64,000 nucleotides of DNA from Azolla caroliniana (taxonomy: Eukaryota > Plantae > Polypodiophyta). Shown here piece by piece: positions 54,743 to 64,000 of the stretch. Under the pieces are notes generated by a model, which saw only the letters and a program-made list of their open reading frames with translations, was not told where the DNA came from and searched no databases. Each line of letters opens with the position of its first letter. Position 1 is the first letter of the stretch. The translations under genes were made by a program, and so were the position numbers. Where the stretch lies: assembly GCA_043228905.1 (NCBI GenBank), contig JBHGNT010000011.1, positions 372,001 through 436,000 of the forward strand. Reading direction: 5' to 3'.

Positions 54743-56756
54743 ACATTCTTTCGGGAAGTCGCCAAGTTTCTGTTGGAAGTAGGGTGCTTGCATGTTAATG
54801 CCTATGGGATGCCCAAGCAAAAGGCAGGGGTCATCATTGAGACCTTCAAAGGAAAGGCGGTTTAGTGGGGGGTGATTATGGGGCCAACACTTAGAGAAGG
54901 TCTCCACGCGTATCAGACCAACACTTCGGCCGATCATTCAACAGTACCTAACGGTACAATTTCCTCCACGCGGACTCCCCGCCCCTACACCAAACCAAAC
55001 CACACCTTGCTCCCGCTCAGCGAAAAGACAATTGGCAAAACTAGCCACCACGGAATGAGAAGACAAACCCCAACCTGCCCGAGCAAGTACGCAACACAGT
55101 CAGGAGGAACACCTTGTGCACAGACCAGAGACCGCCACGGAGCAGGAGGACGAGCCAAGCCAAGAAGGGTCGTGGCCTAAATAGCGACGCCTAGACAGGA
55201 AGGATGGTCGCGGACTGGTGAAGGACACAACCGGGGCCACGGACACAACCACGAAGATTGAGATGACAACAGGCCCAGGCAATTCCGTAGCTACAGAGCA
55301 AACCTCCACACTGGAAATCATTCGAGAACCATGGCCTATTATCACAACCCAGTCTCAGCGAGGAAAAGGTGTCTTTATGGCAGAAAGCGAAGTCCTTAGG
55401 GATCCAGGTATTCCGAATATAGCTCATGAGTTCGGCGCATTATTACAATTCGGGACAACGTACAAACTTATGGCGTTTTTGGCCACACAACAGATTAAGG
55501 TTTCGCAACGGTTGGCTGAGGAGCACGCCGAACCACAGATGATCGAGTGGGCACTTACACAAAGAGCGGAAAGCGAGGATGAGGGTCCGCTTGCCAGGGT
55601 AGGCCGACAACGGAACGTCGGCATACGGCGGATGGGAATAGAACTACCCCCCTTGAACGCGGCCCTCATTGAGGTACACCGGGAATTGCTTAAGGCCACT
55701 ATAGGCGCGAAAGACATGGCTACCAAAAACAAGAATGTATGGAAGACGGTCAAATAGGCCCAAGCCGAGCTTCGAAAAATGGGCAAAATCGAGGAAGTAA
55801 ACAAGGGACTCCGCGAACTAATGGAAAAGCGAAAGGCGGCACATAACGAACAACTTGAGCAGGTACGCGAAGAGACGCGTCAAGTGCAGATCCGCCTCAG
55901 TAAAGAAAAGGATGAACTCATGGAACGGCATGTACGAGAAGCCGAAATTTGGAAGGAAATGAAGAAGCATTTTGAGGACGCGGTTACACTATACAAACAA
56001 GAGATCTTGGATCTGAAGAAAGCCTTGCACGAAGCGCAAAACCTCTCCCAAGTGATCAAAGAGCATGTACGCATTGTACTACGGACACATAGGGAGAAAT
56101 TTACAGCACAATTGAAGGCGGCAATGGATAAAGGTTGGATGGCATGGGCAGCGCAAGCTGTGGAACTCCATACATATCGTGCGGATTTCGAAAACCAGAA
56201 GTAAGAGGGCAGGGGCTTTTACAAACTCAGTGATGACACCATAGCTTAAGTGCACGACTTGTCCAAAGATTATCGGGAGTTAGCGGAGCAACACTCTAAG
56301 GAACTTGCACAAATCCTAGATGACATCGGGGAAAGTCAAGAAGAATTGTTGGACAGCCTCATGGCAATCAGAAGCACACAGTACGCGGTACCCGTGGCTG
56401 AACTGGAGACCGCCGACGTAGAAGGTCAGTCCAATAACCAGGAGACAACAAATCCACACGAGTCCGCCAACCCCGCATGCAATGAACAAATGCAGCCCAT
56501 CATGAGCCCGCAACCGGAAACAGTGACCATGACACCTATCACGCAACCAGAGGGGGACATCAACACGCCTGAACCAACCATGCAAGCAAGGGATGTCCGT
56601 ACCTCACCACTCACACTAGGAGAAGGCCACCAACCACATAATGACATGGCCGAGACCATTACACCGGAATTGAACAAAGATGTGTACACGGAGCCAAGCA
56701 TTCTCGATATCCTGGAGGCCGAATAACGGGGTGGGTCTGACGTGCCAAGGCACTGT

Positions 56757-56771
56757 CCCTTAGGCGTGCCA
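56757..56771 (+). promoter_or_regulatory. tRNA-Arg 3'-end-like motif at the PPT position of element B
   Basis: Element-sense CCCTTAGGCGTGCCA-GG-TG(LTR). Confidence 0.7.
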
Positions 56772-59700
56772 GGTGTTGTCCGCCGGAATAGTAACCGATG
56801 GACACAATACGCATTATAATATAATATAAAAAATGGAAAGCATTATTTTGGCAAATGTAACGGCACGCTAGAAGCGTGACCTGATGAAGCTTGGGATATA
56901 TAAGGAAGGGAAACCCTCTGAAAGGGGGGTCTATAATTTTGGAGAGTGTAAGACCTTTTGGATTGTAATAGAATACTATTTTCTCTGAAACTCTGAGTCT
57001 GTGTCTCTATTGTGTGGTTCATTAATCGTTGTCTGTGTATATGGTAATTGTCATAGTTCGGTGTAGCCTAGCACATAGTTGTGTAAAAGGAGTGGTTGTA
57101 GCCATCTCCACCCTTACGCGTTCACGACCTATGATTACTAGCTCTGCGCAACACCATCACCTTGGTGTCTACCTCGAAGGACTGAGCGTAGACAAGTGTT
57201 CTTTCATGATGGCTGTGATAGCCGAACTGCTCATTTCTACTACTTTCGCTCGTTCCTCCGGATTTGAAAAGAACATCGGGGCTGGTGGTGTGTCGACCGC
57301 CGTCAGTTCTGTCTTTAGTCCTTCCATGAAGCGTGGTACTATCTGCAATAGCCGTCCTAATGGTAGCGTGATCTGGCATTCTTGTAACGCCTGCCATGTT
57401 GGGTTTCCGAACGGGCTAATGCCGGTGAGTTCTTCTGCATTCTCCTTTTGTTGCTCGAGCTCTGCCACATCCTGCTCATTTGCCTTCTTTACCCATTTGC
57501 CTGTTTCCAAATGTCTTCTTGAGTTTCCCACTCCGTTGCTTTGCCTTTCGACCTTGTGGTAACCTGTTGGATGTTCGTGACTTTCACGACCACCATGTTT
57601 ACCGTTGGTCGCTTATCGTAGCTCTTCGCCGGACATTAGTTACTGTAGTGTCCCTCTTGCCGACAATAGTAGCAGTAAGCCTTCCGGGTGTTGCTCGATT
57701 CGGCTTCTATTTCTGTACCCGGTTGAGGTCCTGTTGTAAGTGCTTGGCCTTGGTCCGGCTTGGTGCATGGAGCGCCCTTCTCTAGCTCCCGTTGGTGATC
57801 CCCATTTTTATTGAAATGCCAATTCTTGAAATGCTTTTTGTTTCGGTAACCTTGACAGGGCTGGTTGTCAGACTTGCCATAGTCTTCCCTTCATCAGTTG
57901 TAACTGATCCCGATTGTATCTCTCATCCCGTTCATGATAATCCCGGTATCCGTCATATCTATCGTACCGGTCATAAGCGTCTCTTCGATCACTATACCGG
58001 ACATCTTGTGCCTACCGGTAACGCTCCTCTCGGCGCCAACGTTCTTCCTCCTCCTCTCGGTTGCTTCGGGGTTCAATTTACCAGACCGGTGGTGCTTGCC
58101 GATTTAACAAGTTATATTCGCACCGTTCCATTGTATGGCTTTTGGAATGGCAGAGCAGGCATTGAGAATGCATGGTGCATTCTAGCGCCGAGTGTCCGGC
58201 GTTCAGGCAAGTCGTACATTGAATAGTTTGCCGGAAGCGGAGGTCCTTGTCTATCAGTAGCGCATGCTGAAGTGCTCCTAAGTCTAACCACGAACTGGAT
58301 TTTTCCATTTCCCGTACTCGGTCTATCACTTGATCTATGGTGCTGGTGCAGAAATCAATGACTGTGCACACTGTCCGGAGGGGTTCCCAGAGTGTTGTTA
58401 GGAATATCGCCTTCGTTTCTTCCTTCGGTGGTGCCTGGCTGAGCTAACTATGCATTCTCTGGAATCTGATTACAAATTGTTGTATATTCTCCGCAGGTTC
58501 CTACGGGATGGTGTAAAATAAGCCCATCATTTCTCATTGGTCCACCTCCTTGTGAAAGAAATGCAGGAATTTAGTTTTTAATGCCTCAAACGTGGTGATG
58601 GTGCTGGGGTCTTCCGAACTCCACCATCTTTGAGTGTTCCGCTTCGGTCGTGACACATGATTTGCTTCCCATGTCTGTTGAAGTGCATGGACATGAGCTT
58701 CCGTGTCCGGGTCATCCCGGTACTTGGGACATTGGAACGGTATTTGGTCGTCTGGTGTCGGGACACGGGCTAGTGGTGTCGGTGGTCTATCATCCTCTTC
58801 TTTCGGTGTCAGGGGTCTCTCCTCCTCGTCTTTCGGTGTCGAAGGCCTCTCCTCCTTGCCTTCCGGTGTCAGAGGTCTCTCGACTTGAGCTTCCAGTTCT
58901 GTCAATTCTGGTTCCGTCATCAGCAAGGTATCCGACTCCTCGTCCTCCGGTCCATTTGGGGTGTTGTTATTGTTGTGGTAGTTCATATGTGCACTGTAAC
59001 CCCCGTCCGAATCTGATTCAAAAGCTGAAAATGGTTTGGACTTGCCTTCTCCTGCTGCAAATGCCTGGATAAGGGATTCCGCTTCTCGAAGACTACTTAA
59101 GCTACTTCCTTCGTCTGGGTAGGAGTTTTGTTGCAAACGGAGTGACTCCTCGGCCACTCTCTAGATCACTTTGGAGAATGAGGAATCTGCTCTGATTTCT
59201 TTTGCCGCTTGCTGGAAAGCCTCTTGCTTCCTCAACCGTTCAACAAGTCTTCTTGCTCGCTCCATAACTGGGTCGTTCGTTGGTCTAGTCATCCATTCCC
59301 GCCGTTGTTCGCTGCGCTTGTGCAGGAATCGTGGTCGCCAAAAACTGTGTTACTCCTTAGGGTCGGACAATAGTCTTACACAAGGTGTCTATGGAAGACA
59401 CTTTATCGAAGGGGTGTTACGGCGAGATAACTTAGGCTTAACGATTGATCAAACCCTAATTGATTACTTAAGTAATATGTCATTAACTTTTATACACGCG
59501 TAAGATAGAGCAATTAGCACAGAACGGTAATCAATACACAGGAATAAGACAATGAACTTGTATTAGTTATCCGTAAAAGTTTTACAATGTAACCGGGCCC
59601 TTTTATAGGTCACCGGCTCTTGGTACAAAACGGTGCCAACCAGCACTTGTTAGGAACCGGTCCAAATCCGGATCGGCATACCGATTCCGGTCCGTCCGTT

Positions 59701-62700
59701 CACTTCTCACTAATTACTTAATTGTAGTAAATTGCCAAATATAATTCCCCTCCCCACATTCTAGTCTTGACTTTCCTTTATCTCCTTTGCTGATTGGTCA
59801 ACACGCCTGGTGATTGTGAAGGAAAGCTCTGCTGGCGATGGTGAAGAAAGTCAGAAAATCTATGAGCACGAATTCGTTTCTGTTTCTGTGGTGAAACAGA
59901 CGTTAGAGAAATAGGTTTTAAGGAAATAAACTTTTGCATGATGTTTAGGGAATAAAAGATACTATTAATGTTAGTAATAACTAGAAGTACTAGTGGAGTT
60001 AATAGCTAGGAATAGCAATAATGACTAATAGTTTAATGCCCCACTACTCATAGCCATCCTAAATTACACCAAGATTCTCCTTTTTGACAGTTAGTTTTAA
60101 TGTGGCAAGAAGATGTTATATAGTTAGTTAAGTTTTCTTTATTTATTATTTATTTTTATTTTTATTTTTATTTTTTTGTTGTGACGTTGCCACGTCACGT
60201 TTCGTCCGATCCACTTTTGAATGGATTATCCGGCATGTCTCCATGATATGGCTTAAGCCGGAAACCATTGACCCAGTTGATATGTACCATTTTTGTTGTT
60301 GACGATCCAAACTGGTCCTGTCCATCTATACCGAAGTTTACCCGGCATAGCCCCCATCTTGGTCTGGAACACAAGTACCGGTTTTCCAATTCCGAAATGA
60401 GTTTTGGTCTTTCGTCGGTGACGATTTACAAATGCTTTTGTCTGCCTCTGCTTGTGCTCCAATGCTGACATTGCCTGTATTCGGTCTTCTTCTCAGAATA
60501 ATAAGGCTTCTTTCCGAATTTGTTTCGACTGTAATTCATTTAGTTTTTCGGTCGCCTATATTTAGAGTGTCGGAATTTGGAATTCAATTGGCATCACTAC
60601 TTCTAGTCCGAAAGCCATTCGGAAAGGCGTCGATTTGATGGATGTCTTGTATGACGTGCGGTATGCCCATAACGCACTATGCAATTTCTGATCCCAATCA
60701 GTATGATGGTTTTATTTGTTGACTCTGCCAATCCATTTGCTTGTGGATAGTATGGAGTGCTCTTCTTATGCACCGGTGCATAATATGTGGACAATTCATG
60801 AACAAGTTTATTGATAAAGTGTGTACCTTGATCGCTCACTAATTCTACTAGGCACCCGAATCTACACCATATATTTTCGTACATGAATTTTGCTGTTGAA
60901 GCTGCCGTATTATCTTTAAGGGCTTTAGCTTCCACCCATTTTGTACAGTAGTTAGTGGCCGCAATGATATACGTATTGCCTGTTCTGGCTGTTGCCGGTT
61001 TGAATGGACCTACAAAATCTAAACCTCATTTTTGGAAAGGTTCAAGGGGTAACAATGGTTGAAATGGCATCCTGTCTCTTTCCGTCGGCTGTCCCATTCG
61101 TTGGCATAAATCACATTTCCAACAGTATTCAATGGCATCCTTCATCATTGTCGGCCACCATAAGCCACTATTCCATATTTTCCTGGTTGCGGTTTCTCAA
61201 GCATAATGCCCTCCGGCAATTCCACAGTGTGATTCTCGAAGAATGACTGATTTTTCAAATTGTCGTACTGCTCTTCTCCAAATGCCATTTGCTCCTTTAT
61301 GATACAGAGTGCCTTTTAAAACACAAAAATTCCGACTTCGCACAGCTAACCTTTTCCTTTCGTCTGCCGACAATTGTTCAGGAGGTATACCTGTTGTAAG
61401 AAAGATTGTCATTTTGGAAATCCAAGCATCCTCACTTTCTTCATTTGACTCTTGTACATTTACTACTTCTACTCGAAAAAGCTGGGCATCCGGAAAATCA
61501 TCTTTAACACCTGTGGCATCTTCTCCTGTCTCCAGTTGAGTGAGATAGTCGGCCACCGCATGCTGTACTCCTGGCCTATGTAAAATGTCGAATTCGAATT
61601 CTTGGAGTAGAAGAGTCCATCTTGCTAACTTCCCAGTTAATTCCAGTTTTGAGACTAAGTAAAGAAAAGCCGAATGATCTACATGAAATGTAAAAGTTCT
61701 TTCTTCCCAAAAGATAGTGTCGAAATTTATTGACACTATAGATTATTCCTAGAGCTTCCTTTTCAGTTGTAGAGTAGTTTCTTTCGGTTGTCGAAAGTTT
61801 CCGACTTGCATAGTATACTGGCCTGTACCAATTCGGTTCGGTCAACTACATCAATGCGCTTCCGATTGCAATGTCGGATGCGTTGACAAAAACATGGAAT
61901 GGCTTATTCCAGTCAGGTGGTTGGACCACTGGAACCTTTGACAACATTTTCTTGAGACAATCATAGGCATCTTGTTCCACATTTGTCCATTAAAACGGCA
62001 CCTTGTGTACTACTGTATGTAAGGGAATGACAATATCTGCAAGATACCTTATCATTCTGCTGTGCCATCGAATTTGCCCCAAAAACCAACTGAGGGCCTT
62101 AGCATTTGTGGGTGCCGGTGCTTCCAATATAGCTTTAACCTTGTCGGGGTCAACCACAATTTCCTCTTGACTGACAATATGACCTAATAATGTGCCACTA
62201 GTGACCCCAAATGCACATTTTGCCGGATTTAAACTAAGTCAACCTTTCCGACATTTCTCCAAACACAGTCGTAAATGCTTGAAGTGTTCGGATTTCCGAC
62301 TATAAACAGAAAAATCATCCAAAAAAACTTGCATGAATGCAGGAATATACTTCCCAAATATTTCTTGTATTACTGTTTGGAATGTGGTCGGAGCTGTCTT
62401 CAGGCCAAACATCATTACGACCGCTACAAATACTACCCATTCTGTTACAAAAGCTGTTTTTTCTTGATCTTCCGGATTCATTCGAACCTGATTGTAGCCA
62501 CTAAAACCATCCAAGAAACTATAAACTTCATGGCTAGCTACCGCATCTAATATACCATTCGTGAATGGCAATGGAAATGTGTTCGTCACGGTAGCCGCAT
62601 TTAATTTTCGGTAATCGACACATACCCGAATTTTGCCGTTCTTTTTCGGCACCACCACAATTGGACTTAGCCATGTCGATTTTTTCACTGGACAAATAAA

Positions 62701-64000
62701 TCCTACTTTCAAAAGTTTGTCTATTTCTTCTTTTACTTTAATAGCATAATTAGGATTTAATCGGTACCTACGTTGTTGCACCGGCTTTGCATCCTTATGT
62801 AGGTTGATTTGGTGTTGACAGAAAGCTCGGTCAAGACCCTTCATATCGTCGAAAGAGCATGCAAAAACATCTTTATATTGCTTCAATAATGCCGTTAACT
62901 TTTGTTTGTCATCTTCCATCATATCCTTTGCAATCAGCACTGTTTTCGATTCCTTGTCTTTTTCTCCTGCCAAATTTAGTTCTTCCAATGCTGAAGCTTG
63001 AACTCGTTGGGACACTTTCATTTCTCGGTCGGTAGCTTCTTGTTATAGTCGGATCTCCTTCATTGTTTGCTCATCTATCTGCACTTCCTCCTGGCAATCC
63101 ACATATGGTGTCAAGGCCTGCAAAATATCTACTTTGAACAAAGGAATGATTTTTGGATTATCATCAAAATACTGATTTTCTTCAACCTCATCTAATCCAT
63201 CCATCATGTTGACGGATTCTGCGTGCACAAGCAAACATTGTTTGCTTGTCGTAAATTTATTCTGTGTTGATACCTGAATTTTCGTTTTTCCTTTCCAAAA
63301 TGTTAGTAGATTCTGATTCCAATTCTGCTTGATGTTAGTAGTCTTTAACCATGGTTGTCCTAATAATAAGGGATATGCACCAGGGGCTTCCTAAGGAAGT
63401 ATTACTGCCGAAATTTGGAAACTATGACCTCATAATACTACATCTAGTTGTCGGAGTAAGCCAATTGGTCGTACCGTACTGGTATCTGCCATTTGTAGCC
63501 AAAATGGGCAAGCTTCCCATTTAGTAATACCTAGCCTATCACATCTCGTTTTATTAATGACATTCACTCCTAAGCCACCATCAACAATAACATTTTCTAT
63601 TTCTTGGCCATGAATGATTACTTTAATCGATGGATTTTGCTCATCAATGATTGAAGGGCTATTACTTGGTTGACTATAATGGACTGATACTTGTTTCGAC
63701 TCTTTTTGGGCAATCAATGACATCACCTTCTCAGTAAACCTAAGAACTAACTTGAGTAATCCGGTCAATGGTAATGATACTTGGCAATCTGCCAAGATCT
63801 TCCAAGTTTCCTCTTGTTTTGGTACCATTATTGCTCCTGGTAATTCAGTATTTTGATTAATTTCATTGTCGTGTAGCATCCGATCTACGTTACTTTGATT
63901 TGCTTCCTTAACCCATTCCTTGGCTGCTTTTCGGATTGCTTCTTGGATTTCCCACCCCGATTGTTTGCTTTTACTCCTAGTGGTGACTTGTTGTATTTCG

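Larger units (their letters stand above)
43765..57201 (+). mobile_element. Non-chromovirus gypsy element B (LTRs 43765-44204 and 56774-57201, the latter missing ~13 terminal bp; gag-pol ~44450-49342, extra ORF ~49780-56770), split by a Trp-PBS element
   Basis: PBS TGGCACGC at 44209. gag CFICEHPGHYATQC, PR IIDGG, RT FLDD, RH VDASD, IN DFVGP/SDQG/RWTDPY. Inserted in the protease of A (AIMK|KELPGTIIDGG). Confidence 0.9.
38863..59803 (-). mobile_element. Non-chromovirus gypsy element A (LTRs 38863-39317 and 59348-59803; gag ~59160-57200, PR/RT 43764-42617 with the rest of pol deleted, extra ORF ~42470-39320), split by element B
   Basis: Direct repeats TGTTAC...TCAACA, PBS TGGCGACCAC (minus strand, 59340-59331), 45-bp flanking duplication. 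Confidence 0.9.
35805..64000 (-). mobile_element. Non-chromovirus gypsy element C (3' LTR 35805-36271, extra ORF ~36170-38860, pol ~60200-63900; 5' end outside the window), split by element A
   Basis: PR (IVDGG), RT (LDGFSGYNQ, FLDD), RH, IN (H..GHY, SDQG, RWTGP). The extra ORF is homologous to those of A and B. Confidence 0.88.

Overview
Repeat-rich eukaryotic plant DNA, most likely from a non-seed plant (fern, lycophyte or bryophyte), inferred from a Tcn1-like chromovirus and tRNA-Trp-primed gypsy elements. There is one clear host gene: a two-exon saccharopine dehydrogenase-like oxidoreductase (25058-27308) with a C-terminal membrane anchor. The rest is nested transposable elements. 1-23 kb holds Copia, LINE and gypsy nests. 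27.7-34.4 kb holds a solo LTR, an L1 remnant, tandem repeats and a hAT MITE. 34.4-64 kb is a five-level nest of non-chromovirus gypsy elements. Main observation: three related gypsy elements with dissimilar LTRs have no polypurine tract. In its place, exactly 2 nt before the 3' LTR, they carry a copy of a tRNA-Arg 3' end (CCC(AC/TT)RGGCRTGCCA, i.e. an inverted PBS), which suggests tRNA priming of both cDNA strands. Also notable: a 45-bp target duplication around one of them, tRNA-Trp-primed elements inserting at ACGT-like sites with 4-bp TSDs, and a 118-bp palindromic mini-element built from an LTR end and inserted with a 5-bp TSD. All alignments were made by eye and tRNA assignments are from memory.
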